DNA from: Anaerohalosphaeraceae bacterium
Lineage (GTDB): Bacteria; Planctomycetota; Phycisphaerae; Sedimentisphaerales; Anaerohalosphaeraceae
Direction: 5' to 3'
Assembly: GCA_050309605.1 (NCBI GenBank)
Contig: JBNRMN010000094.1
Coordinates: forward strand, 1 to 22,988
DNA length: 22,988 nucleotides
Shown: piece by piece, positions 1-9,800 of the stretch
Layout of the letters: every line of letters begins with the position of its first letter
How positions within the stretch are numbered: position 1 is the stretch's first letter
The notes under the pieces: model-generated
Seen by the model: the letters and a program-made list of their open reading frames with translations, nothing else
Databases searched by the model: none
What the model was told of the DNA's origin: nothing
Translations under genes and position numbers: made by a program

Positions 1-1
1 T

Positions 2-964
2 TCCAATCACGGCATCTGGCCGACCGGCGGGGCATGGCTGTGTCAGCATCTCTGGTGGCGGTATGAATATACGCTGGACAAAGCGTTTCTGCGCGATCGG
101 GCGTATCCGATTATGAAGAAGGCCGCCGAATTCTTTGTTGATTATTTGATCCAAGACCCGCGCAGCGAAGAGAACTGGCTGATTTCCGGGCCGTCCAACT
201 CGCCGGAACTGGGAGGGTTGGTGATGGGGCCGACGATGGACCATCAAATCATTCGCGCGTTGTTTGCGAATTGTATTCAAGCCTCGGAAATTTTGGGTGT
301 CGATGCCGATTTCCGAAAAACGCTTCGTGAGATGCGGGCGCAGATTGCCCCCAACCAGATCGGCCGTCTCGGCCAGCTTCAGGAATGGCTCGAAGACAAG
401 GACGACCCCAATGAAAAGCACCGCCACGTCTCGCATTTGTGGGGGCTTCATCCCGGCAGTGAAATCACACAGGATACGCCGGAACTGTTTGCCGCCGCCA
501 AAAAATCGCTTCAGATGCGCGGCGACGGCGGTACCGGCTGGTCGATGGGCTGGAAGATCAACTTCTGGGCACGCCTGCTGGACGGCGATCACGCCTATTT
601 TATGCTGAGTAATCAGTTGACGCCCCAGCGTACGCTGCCGAATCTGTTTGACACGCATCCGCCGTTTCAGATCGACGGCAACTTCGGCGCGACCAGCGGC
701 ATCGCCGAGATGCTGATGCAGTCGCATGCCGGCTATATCGACCTGCTGCCGGCGCTGCCGAAGGCCTGGCCGTCAGGCTCTATCCGAGGCCTGCGCGCTC
801 CCGGCGGCTTTGAAGTCGATATCGAGTGGCACGACGGCGAACTGACCGCCGCCCGCATTACCAGCGTCGGCGGCACAACCTGCAAGGTCCGTTACGGAAC
901 CGAAATATGCGAAGTGACTCTGCGAAAAGGACAATCCCGACGTCTGACGCCGAATCATTTTTAA
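2..964 (+). CDS. GH95 family glycoside hydrolase (alpha-L-fucosidase / alpha-L-galactosidase), C-terminal part, 5' truncated by the window
   Basis: The frame is open from base 2 ([40 protein letters not shown]...), so the ORF-track start at 113 is internal. GH95 motifs: [57 protein letters not shown]. Confidence 0.93.
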   Translation, partial: SNHGIWPTGGAWLCQHLWWRYEYTLDKAFLRDRAYPIMKKAAEFFVDYLIQDPRSEENWLISGPSNSPELGGLVMGPTMDHQIIRALFANCIQASEILGVDADFRKTLREMRAQIAPNQIGRLGQLQEWLEDKDDPNEKHRHVSHLWGLHPGSEITQDTPELFAAAKKSLQMRGDGGTGWSMGWKINFWARLLDGDHAYFMLSNQLTPQRTLPNLFDTHPPFQIDGNFGATSGIAEMLMQSHAGYIDLLPALPKAWPSGSIRGLRAPGGFEVDIEWHDGELTAARITSVGGTTCKVRYGTEICEVTLRKGQSRRLTPNHF

Positions 965-996
965 CGCTGAACGCAAATAGACAAAGGAATGGTGCA

Positions 997-2919
997 ATGA
1001 AAATAACACGAACCTTGCGGTTTACTGCGGCGGTGATGCTGTGTGGCGGCATCGGTGGGATGTCTTTAGCCGAGCCGGCTGGGCAGGCATCGGGTGTCCA
1101 GGCGTTGCGACATATTCCCTATGTCGAAAGCGGTCACCCGAATCAAGTACTGGATATCTATCTTCCCGAAAGATCGTCCGATGAGCCATTGCCGCTGATG
1201 GTCTGGATTCACGGCGGGGCGTGGATGGCCGGGACACAGGCCAATCCTCCGGTGTTGTTTCTGGTCGAGAAGGGATTTGCCGTTGCCAGCATCCAATATC
1301 GTTTTTCCTCGCACGCCGTTTGGCCGGCTCAGGCTCATGACTGCAAGGCCGCTGTACGTTTTCTGCGTGCCAATGCCGTCAAATATAATTTTGATCCCGA
1401 ACGATTTGCTGTCGGCGGCGATTCGGCCGGCGGTCACTTGGCCGCCTTTATCGGCACCAGCGGCGATGTCAGCGAAATGGAAGGCGACTTGGGTCATCAG
1501 GGTGTTTCCAGCCGCGTGCAGGCCGTTGTGGATATGTTTGGCCCGACGGATCTTGCACAGATGGGCAAGCATGCCGATCCGGACAGTACGTTTGATTACG
1601 GCGCACCCAATGCCCCTGAATCGCTGCTTTTAGGCGGCCCGATCAAGGAGAAACTTGAGCTGGCCAAAACCGCCAACCCGCTAACGTATATCGACAAAAA
1701 CGATCCGCCTTTTTTAATTATGCACGGCGACAACGACCGGCTTGTTCCATTGGGTCAAAGCCTCATTCTGGCCAACGCATTGATGGAAGCGGGCGTCGGG
1801 GAAGTGACTATGAAGATTCTACACGGTGCCGGACACGGAGGGCCTCCGTTCTTTGATAATGACAGTCGGCGATTGATTGTGGATTTTCTGGTGCGAAATA
1901 CCCAAACGACAGAGGGGATCAGCGTGCTGTCTGAAGGGCCAAAGCAAATGACTCCGGACTGGACCAATCCCATTGTGCCGCAGCGGGCGGATCCGCATGT
2001 GCTCCTTCATGATGACGGTTACTATTATATGGCGGCCACGGTTCCATCCTATGATCGTGTTGAGCTTCGCCGGGCACGCACCATCGGCGGGCTTGCCTCG
2101 GCAGAGGCCAAAGTTGTTTGGACGCGACCGTCCGACGGGCCGCTGGGTGGGCTTATCTGGGCACCGGAAATACACTTTATCGACGGTAAATGGTATGTCT
2201 ATGTCTCAGCCGGCGAAGGCGGCAAGCCCTGGGATTCCATTCGTCCTCATGCGCTGGTGTGTACCGGCGATGACCCGCTGAACGACGAATGGAAAGTGGC
2301 CGGGCGGATTATGACTAAATGGGATACGTTCTCACTGGATGCGACGACCTTTGAACACAACGGGCATCGCTACTTTGTCTGGTGTCAGGTCGAGCCTGAT
2401 ATACTGGGAACGAACATCATGATCGCCAAAATGAAATCACCAACGGAACTTGAAGACAAACAGGTGATCCTGTCGCGTCCGGAATATGAATGGGAACAGC
2501 AGGTCTATTGGGTCAATGAAGCCCCGGCGGCACTGGTCAGGAATAACAGAGTGTTTATCACCTATTCGGCCAGCGCGACAGATGCCAATTACTGCATGGG
2601 ACTGCTGACAGCCAATGCCGATGCGGACTTGCTTGATCCCAAGTCCTGGTCCAAGTCCAAAGAGCCGGTCTTCAAGAGCAGTGATGCCACGAGCCAGTAC
2701 GGCCCGGGCCACAATTCCTTTACCACTACGCCTGACGGCCAAACGGTGATAATGTTCTATCACGCGCGAAATTACAAAGAAATCCAAGGCGGCAGCCTGG
2801 CCAACCCCGACCGTCATACACGTGCCCAGATTGTGAATTGGCAACAAGACGGCATGCCGGACTTCGGTGTGCCTGTGCCGGACGGTACGTATTACCTGTC
2901 GAAACACAAACTCAATTAG
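997..2919 (+). CDS. Secreted bifunctional protein: alpha/beta-hydrolase esterase (BD-FAE-like feruloyl/acetyl xylan esterase) fused to a GH43 alpha-L-arabinofuranosidase (GH43_26-like), 640 aa
   Basis: Start moved from 826 to ATG 997 (SD-like AAAGGA at 983-988; signal peptide MKITRTLRFTAAVMLCGGIGGMSLA). Esterase motifs: HGGAW, GDSAGG, HGDNDRLVP, GAGHG. GH43 motifs: NPIVPQRADP, IWAPEIH, SLDAT, VNEAP, YGPGHNSF. Confidence 0.88.
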   Translation: MKITRTLRFTAAVMLCGGIGGMSLAEPAGQASGVQALRHIPYVESGHPNQVLDIYLPERSSDEPLPLMVWIHGGAWMAGTQANPPVLFLVEKGFAVASIQYRFSSHAVWPAQAHDCKAAVRFLRANAVKYNFDPERFAVGGDSAGGHLAAFIGTSGDVSEMEGDLGHQGVSSRVQAVVDMFGPTDLAQMGKHADPDSTFDYGAPNAPESLLLGGPIKEKLELAKTANPLTYIDKNDPPFLIMHGDNDRLVPLGQSLILANALMEAGVGEVTMKILHGAGHGGPPFFDNDSRRLIVDFLVRNTQTTEGISVLSEGPKQMTPDWTNPIVPQRADPHVLLHDDGYYYMAATVPSYDRVELRRARTIGGLASAEAKVVWTRPSDGPLGGLIWAPEIHFIDGKWYVYVSAGEGGKPWDSIRPHALVCTGDDPLNDEWKVAGRIMTKWDTFSLDATTFEHNGHRYFVWCQVEPDILGTNIMIAKMKSPTELEDKQVILSRPEYEWEQQVYWVNEAPAALVRNNRVFITYSASATDANYCMGLLTANADADLLDPKSWSKSKEPVFKSSDATSQYGPGHNSFTTTPDGQTVIMFYHARNYKEIQGGSLANPDRHTRAQIVNWQQDGMPDFGVPVPDGTYYLSKHKLN

Positions 2920-2928
2920 GAGATGACG

Positions 2929-5900
2929 ATGATTTTTCATTTATCACGTACCAGTCAAAACAAACAACTGGCCAGTCTGTTGGTCGGTTTTATGTTATTG
3001 GCCGGTTCGGTTGTTTTGGCCCAATCCGTTGAGCTGACGGTTCAGGCTGGTCAGCCGGGTAAAGCGATCAGCCCGTATCTGATGGGGATATTCTTTGAGG
3101 ATCTCAATTACGCTGCGGACGGCGGATTGTACGCAGAGCTGATTCAGAATCGTTCGTTCGAATACAGCCCGACCGAGCGGTCGGACTGGCATCCACTGGC
3201 GTTTTGGGAACTCCAGAAACGCGGCGACGGCGACGGTTCGGTCAGTGTGTCCAATGCACGGCCGATCCACGTGAACAATCCCACTTATGCACTGCTGCAA
3301 GTTCGCACGCCCGGCGATGGCGTGGGTATCGCCAACAGTGGATTCGGCGGTATTCCGCTGAAAGAAGGCCAGACCTACAATGCGTCGTTTTGGGCCTACC
3401 AGGCATTTATGGGAATCATGTGGGGACGGGGGGACCACAGCAAACCAATGCCCGTCACCTTGCGTCTGGAAACCAGAGATGGTCAGGTACTTGCGGAAGC
3501 CAAAACAGAAATCCTGGGTCGCCAGTGGAGGCAGGTGAGCATGGCCCTGACCCCGACCCGCACGGTCAACGACGCGCGTCTTGTATTGCTGGCCCACGAG
3601 CAGGGCGGGATTTGTATCGATATGGTTTCGCTGTTCCCGGAAAACACATTTCGCAACCGGCCCAACGGGCTTCGTGCGGATCTGGCGCAGGCGATTGCCG
3701 ATATCAACCCGAAGTTTGTACGTTTTCCCGGCGGCTGCCTGGTTCACGCCGGCGGCATCCGGCGGTACTATAACTGGAAAGACACCATCGGTCCACTGGA
3801 GCAGCGACGGTCCGGTCCCAATTACGCCTGGGGCTATCACCAGTCGAAGGGGCTGGGGTATTTCGAGTACTTCCAGTTTTGTAAGGACATCGGCGCCAAG
3901 CCGATTCCCATTGTCAGCGCCGGGGTATCCTGTCAGCACGCGGGCCATTCGCCCGGCCGCGGGCAGGAAGGTCTGCCTATGGACGAAATGCCGGCGTACA
4001 TCCAGGATGTGCTGGATCTGATCGAATGGGCCAACGGCCCGGCGACTTCAAAGTGGGGCGCCAAGCGCGCCGCGGCCGGCCATCCGGAACCGTTTGGACT
4101 GAAGTATCTTGGCGTCGGCAACGAAGAGGCCGTCACGCCACTATTCGAGGAACGTTTCAAGATGATCTACGAGGCGATCAAGGAGAAACATCCCGAAATC
4201 GTCGTGATCGGCACCTCCGGTCCTTTTGCAAGCGGTGAGGATTTTGATAATGGCTGGGCGTTTGCCAGGAAACTTAATCTCGAAATGGTTGACGAGCATT
4301 ATTATGTCAACCCGCAGTGGTTCTGGGACAATCTCAATCGCTACGATACCTATGACCGCAACCACGCGAAGGTTTATGTCGGTGAGTACGCTGCTCATGA
4401 TCGGGGGCGGCGCAATACGCTGCGATCGGCTATTGCCGAGGCGGCGGGACTGACCGGGTTTGAACGCAACGGCGATGTGGTGTGGTTTACCTCCTATGCT
4501 CCGCTGCTGGCCCGACGCGGTCACACACAGTGGGAGCCGGATTTGATATATTTTGACGCGACAAATGTGTACCTGTCGGCCAATTACTATGTCCAGCAGC
4601 TTTTTGGACAGAACAGCGGCGACCGCTATCTTGACACCGTGTTCAGCGACGGCGATACGCGGCGACTGGCCGCCTCGTCGGTAAGGGATTCGAAGACCGG
4701 CGATGTGATTGTCAAGATTGTTAATGGTAACGATAGCCCCAGAGAAATCAATGTTCAGTTGGATGGATTGCCGTCAGATGTCTCAATGGACGCGGTCAAA
4801 ACAGTGCTGACCGGCCCTGATCCTGATGCGGTGAACGAAGACGGCAAGACCCCGGTCATCAAGCCCGAAACGTCGAGCCGGACCATCAAGTCGGGTTTCT
4901 CTTATTCGGCTCCGGCCAATTCATTAACCGTTTTTCGTATTACGCTGGCTCAGCCCTGTGTTTCTGCGATACAAGAACTGGATGCCGCCCAGGTGAGGCT
5001 TTTGCCGGGCAGTCCCTTTTATGAGCGTCAGGAACTTCACCGCAGCGGTTATGTTGGTGGGTTGGATCCGGATCGGCTGCTGTTTCATTACCGTGAGCTG
5101 GCGAGGCTGCCGCAGCCGCAAGGCGTGACTGCCGGATATGGCTCGTGGGACAGCGGGTTCATTCGCGGCCACATGGCGGGGCATTACCTCTCTGCGGCGT
5201 CACGCATGGCGGCGGGGACAGGTGATGTGTCATTCAAAGACAAGGCCGATTATATCGTCGCCGAACTGGCAAAATGCCAGACGGCGTTAAATCAGGGCGG
5301 CTACCTTGCGGCGTTTCCGATCGGGGCATTTGAATACCTTGAAGGCCAGCCGGCGGACAATACCGGAGTGGTTGTGCCATACTACACGGTTCACAAAATA
5401 ATGGCTGGCCTGTTGGATGCCTATTGTTATCTCGGCAATACCCAGGCGCTGGACGTTGCGGTGAAGATGGCGGACTATTTCGAGAAACGGCTTGCAGCGC
5501 TCACGCCGCAGGAGATCGAAAGGATATTCCGCACGGACGGCAGCCGCAATCCGCACAACGAATTCGGCGCGATGAGCGATGCGCTGGCTGCGCTTTATTC
5601 GATTACGGGCGAGAAAAAATATCTGGTAACAGCCCAAAAGTTCAATCGCCCCTGGTTTATCGATCCGCTTGCAGCCGGTAAAGACAAGCTGACCGGACTG
5701 CATGCCAATACACACATTGCCCAGGCGGTTGGCATTGCGCATTACGCCAATCTTACCGGCAGCCTTCACGAACAGAATGCATCGAAGAATTTCTGGGAGA
5801 TGGTAACACAGCAGCACAGTTTTGTGATTGGCGGCAATTCGTTCAAAGAATGGTTTGATAAACCCGGTGTAGAAACCGGTCCGTCCATTGACGATCAAAA

Positions 5901-6816
5901 GTCGCTGCCGGCGACGACGGCTGAAAGTTGTAATACGCACAACATGCTGAAACTCACCGCACGTCTCTTCGAACGCGCGCCGCGCGCCGAATATGCCGAT
6001 TATTTCGAGCGGGCGCTCTATAATCATCTGCTGGCTACGGTGGCGCCGGACACCGGTGCGGTGACCTATTTTACGCCGTTGTACGGGCATTTCCGTACCT
6101 ACCTGGATGGGACACATTGCTGCGTGGGAACGGGCATCGAAAACGCATCGCGTTACAACGAGGGCATTTATTTCGGATGTGACAACACGCTTTGGATAAA
6201 TCTCTATATTCCATCGGAACTGAACTGGCAGGATGCCGAGCTCGTGTTGCGTCAGGAAGGCGACATCACGAAGGGCGAGCCGGTACGCTTGACCATCGTG
6301 CAGGGCAGCGAGAAATCGGTGACGCTGAATTTCCGTATTCCGCATTGGATTTCCGGGCCGGCCCTGCTGACGTTGAACGGTGAGGAGATGACACGAACGG
6401 ACAAGCCGTCTGCCTATGTGGCGCTGAATCGGGAATGGAAAACCGGCGACGTCGTCACGCTCACGCTGCCTGCCGAACTTCGGTTAGAGCACGCAAAAGA
6501 TTCGCCGTCGATGGTGTCGGTTTTTTGGGGTCCGGTACTACTGGCCGGCGAACTGGGACGTGAGAATATGCCAAACGATCACGCTGATAAGGACGCCTAC
6601 TTGAGAAGGCCGCCGGTGCCCGTTCCGGAAATCAAATCCGCCTCCGCAAATCCCGCCGATTGGCTTGAGCCGGTTACAGGCGAGCCGCTGGTCTTCAAGG
6701 CCCGCGGCGCAGGACCGGCGGATGGAATTCTCTTTCGACCGCTCTATGAACTTCATCGGCAGCGTTATTCGGTCTATTGGAATTTCACAATGTACGATGG
6801 AATGCGAAATCAATAA
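2929..6816 (+). CDS. Secreted bifunctional protein: GH51 alpha-L-arabinofuranosidase fused to a GH127/GH146-type beta-L-arabinofuranosidase domain, about 1295 aa
   Basis: AGGAG at 2918-2922 fits ATG 2929 better than 2923. Signal peptide ends ...GSVVLA-Q. GH51 motifs: GIFFEDLNYAADGGLYAELIQNRSFE, RFPGGC, GVGNEE (acid/base), YVGEYA (nucleophile), ending SLTVFRI near 4941. Second domain: RGHMAGHYLSA, PYYTVHKIMAGL, GLHANTHI, ESCNTHNMLKL, HCCVGTGIEN. Confidence 0.9.
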   Translation: MIFHLSRTSQNKQLASLLVGFMLLAGSVVLAQSVELTVQAGQPGKAISPYLMGIFFEDLNYAADGGLYAELIQNRSFEYSPTERSDWHPLAFWELQKRGDGDGSVSVSNARPIHVNNPTYALLQVRTPGDGVGIANSGFGGIPLKEGQTYNASFWAYQAFMGIMWGRGDHSKPMPVTLRLETRDGQVLAEAKTEILGRQWRQVSMALTPTRTVNDARLVLLAHEQGGICIDMVSLFPENTFRNRPNGLRADLAQAIADINPKFVRFPGGCLVHAGGIRRYYNWKDTIGPLEQRRSGPNYAWGYHQSKGLGYFEYFQFCKDIGAKPIPIVSAGVSCQHAGHSPGRGQEGLPMDEMPAYIQDVLDLIEWANGPATSKWGAKRAAAGHPEPFGLKYLGVGNEEAVTPLFEERFKMIYEAIKEKHPEIVVIGTSGPFASGEDFDNGWAFARKLNLEMVDEHYYVNPQWFWDNLNRYDTYDRNHAKVYVGEYAAHDRGRRNTLRSAIAEAAGLTGFERNGDVVWFTSYAPLLARRGHTQWEPDLIYFDATNVYLSANYYVQQLFGQNSGDRYLDTVFSDGDTRRLAASSVRDSKTGDVIVKIVNGNDSPREINVQLDGLPSDVSMDAVKTVLTGPDPDAVNEDGKTPVIKPETSSRTIKSGFSYSAPANSLTVFRITLAQPCVSAIQELDAAQVRLLPGSPFYERQELHRSGYVGGLDPDRLLFHYRELARLPQPQGVTAGYGSWDSGFIRGHMAGHYLSAASRMAAGTGDVSFKDKADYIVAELAKCQTALNQGGYLAAFPIGAFEYLEGQPADNTGVVVPYYTVHKIMAGLLDAYCYLGNTQALDVAVKMADYFEKRLAALTPQEIERIFRTDGSRNPHNEFGAMSDALAALYSITGEKKYLVTAQKFNRPWFIDPLAAGKDKLTGLHANTHIAQAVGIAHYANLTGSLHEQNASKNFWEMVTQQHSFVIGGNSFKEWFDKPGVETGPSIDDQKSLPATTAESCNTHNMLKLTARLFERAPRAEYADYFERALYNHLLATVAPDTGAVTYFTPLYGHFRTYLDGTHCCVGTGIENASRYNEGIYFGCDNTLWINLYIPSELNWQDAELVLRQEGDITKGEPVRLTIVQGSEKSVTLNFRIPHWISGPALLTLNGEEMTRTDKPSAYVALNREWKTGDVVTLTLPAELRLEHAKDSPSMVSVFWGPVLLAGELGRENMPNDHADKDAYLRRPPVPVPEIKSASANPADWLEPVTGEPLVFKARGAGPADGILFRPLYELHRQRYSVYWNFTMYDGMRNQ

Positions 6817-6863
6817 GCACGTTTCAGGTATTTGTTTTCCTGTTTGAACTTGACAAAAAGTTT

Positions 6864-9800
6864 ATGAAGAAAGGTATGGGTGGCAGTGTGACACGAGGTA
6901 TGAAATTGGCGGCATTTATTGCGCTGACGACAGTGGTTTGCCAGTGTTTTGGCGGCAATCCAATTTTTCGTGACGTTTTTACGGCTGACCCGGCGGCTCT
7001 GGTTGTCGGCGATACGGTGTATGTCTATGTCGGTCGCGACAACGCCAAAGAGGGGCAGTTTTTCACTATGCCGGAATGGCTGTGCTATTCCTCGAAGGAC
7101 ATGCAGAACTGGACGGCACACGGTCCCGTTATGCGACCGGAGGAATTTTCGTTTGCCCGGCCTAATGTCGCCTGGGCTGCTCACATGATTGAAAAGGACG
7201 GTAAATTCTATTTTTATACAACATTACGCCGCAATAACAACAATGAACACTGTATCGGAGTGGCCGTTGCGGATAATCCGCTGGGTCCGTTCAAGGATGC
7301 CCGCGGAACCCCGCTTATTACCGACGATATGACCACGGATTCGAGTCGTCCCAATGCCGACATCGATCCGGCCGTGTTTATCGACGATGACGGCACTGCC
7401 TGGATGATGTGGGGCAATGGCGACTTCTATCTGGTCAAACTCAAACCCAACATGATCGAACTCGATGGGCCGATCGAAAAAATACCGCACAAAAATGTTG
7501 CAGAAGGCCCCTGGCTCTTCAAACGAGGGGATATGTACTACAATGTCTATGCCGCGGACGTGCCCGGTAATCCGCCGGAAAAGATCGCCTATGCCACGGC
7601 AGAGAAAGTGACCGGGCCATGGACCTATCGCGGGCTGGTAACCGGTTCGGCAAAGGTCGGCTTTACCATCCATCCGGCGGTTATCGAGTTTAAGGGTCAG
7701 TGGTATTTCTTTTACCACTGCGGCTCGGCCACAATCAATGGCGTTCCCGGCGGCGACTGCCGACGGAGCGTCCGTGTGGAACATCTTTACTTTAATGCCG
7801 ATGGAACCATCCAGCCCATTACGCAAACCGATGAGGGCGTCTCCCTTCCCCCGAAGGTGAAAAAGTCGTCGGCTCAGTTATTTTCATTGAGCGATGTCCG
7901 GCTGCTTGAGAGTCCTTTTTCCGAGGCGGTTCAGATCAATCGTCAGTATCTCCTGGCTCACGACGTTGACCGTTTGCTGGTGCCCTTTCGGCGTGAGGCG
8001 GGTTTGCCGCCCAAGGCGCAGCCTTACGGTAACTGGGAAAGCATGGGTCTGGAGGGGCACACTGCCGGGCATTATTTGTCGGCCATGTCGCAAATGATGG
8101 CATCGGGAGCCGACCCGGACGGCGAATTCAAACGCCGACTGGATTATATGATCGATGAGCTGGCCGTCATCCAGGAAGCGGGCGGCAACGGCTATCTGGG
8201 CGGTGTGTCGCAAAGCAAAGACTACTGGAGCCGCGTCGCAGAGGGGGATGTCGGACTGATGCACCGCAGGTGGGCGCCCTGGTATAATCTCCACAAAATG
8301 TACGCCGGGCTTCGGGATGCTTATCTGCTTGGAGGCAATCCAAAGGCGCGCGATTTGCTTGTCCGTTATACAGACTGGTGCGAACAGCTTACCTCCGGCC
8401 TGAGCGATGCTCAGATGCAGCAAATGCTTGATGTGGAATACGGCGGGATGAACGAGGCGCTGGCCGATGTCTATGCGATTACCGGAAACCAGAACTATCT
8501 TAATCTGGCCAAACGGTTCAACCATCGGAGAATCTTCGAGCCGCTAAAAAATCGCCAAGACAGGCTTACCGGTCTTCATGCCAATACCCAGATCCCCAAA
8601 ATCATCGGGATGCAGCGCATCGCAGAGTTGGCCAACGATGATCAGATGCACACCGGGGCCTCGTTTTTCTGGGAAACCGTTACGCAGAACCGCAGTGTGG
8701 CGTTTGGCGGCAACAGCGTCAGCGAGCATTTCAATGATCCCAAGGACTTCAGCGGCATGATCGCGCACCGGGAAGGACCTGAATCCTGCAATACCTACAA
8801 TATGCTCAGGCTGACCGAGGAACTGTTTAAGGCCGAACCGAAGGCCGCTTATGCTGATTATTACGAGCGTGCCCTTTACAATCATATCCTGGCCTCCATC
8901 CATCCCCACAAGCCCGGGTATGTCTATTTTACCTCAATCCGTCCGGATCACTATCGGGTCTATTCTCAGCCTGAGGTGGCCTTCTGGTGCTGCGTCGGAA
9001 CGGGGATGGAAAATCCCGGCCGATATGGTGCGTTTATTTATGCTCAGGCAAATGACCAGTTATATGTGAATCTCTTTATTCCCTCGGAGCTTTCCCTGAA
9101 TGTGGGCGGATTGGTGCTGAGACAGGAGACGAAATTTCCGGACGAGCCGCGGACACGGCTTCGTCTTCAACTTCCGAAACCAGCCACTTTTGCGCTGAAT
9201 ATTCGCCATCCCGCATGGGTCAAGGCGGATGAGTTTGCGATCAAGGTCAACGGTCAATCCATCGACGTCGAGTCAACGCCATCTTCCTATGCCGCCATTC
9301 GGCGGGAATGGAACGACGGCGATACGGTCGAGGTGGAGCTTCCCATGCATCTGCGAACTGAGCGTTTGCCCGATGGCTCCGATTGGGTGGCTTTTCTGTA
9401 TGGCCCGATCGTTTTGGCAAAGCCCGGCGGTACGGATCGTTTGGACGGCCTGTTTGCCGATGGCAGTCGCATGGGGCAGGTGGCACATGGCCCGATGATT
9501 CCGCTGGACAGGGTGCCAACGCTGCTTGCGACGGAAGCGGAAGTGCTTGCGCATGTGGTTGAAGATCGCACTGCCGGACCGCTGCATTTCCGTATCAAGG
9601 ATATCATTGAACCGGCCGAGCCTGAAGGCTTGCCGCTGATGCCGTTTTTCCGGCTGCATGAGCGTCGCTATCAGATGTATTGGGAGCTTACTACTGCCGA
9701 ACAGATTGCAGCCAGGAAGGAAAAACTCGCCGCCCAGGAACGTGCCCGGCAGGCGCGCGAAGCGGCGACTATCGACTGGATAGCGGTAGGTGAGCAGCAG

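Noticed and set aside
826..996. Extended N-termini in the ORF track (826; likewise 6777, 10030 and 15994)
   Set aside because: They overlap the upstream genes and do not look like protein sequence. Downstream ATGs give signal peptides and, in most cases, SD sites.
2914..2921. Same AATTAGGA at the ends of two genes (2914-2921 and 10182-10189)
   Set aside because: Explained by a TAG stop overlapping the next gene's AGGA SD, which is ordinary operon packing.
6845..6880. TTGACA at 6850-6855 inside an AACTT-N6-AAGTT palindrome, as a sigma-70 promoter or operator
   Set aside because: No acceptable -10 box at 16-18 bp spacing, and the 5-bp arms could arise by chance in an AT-rich gap.
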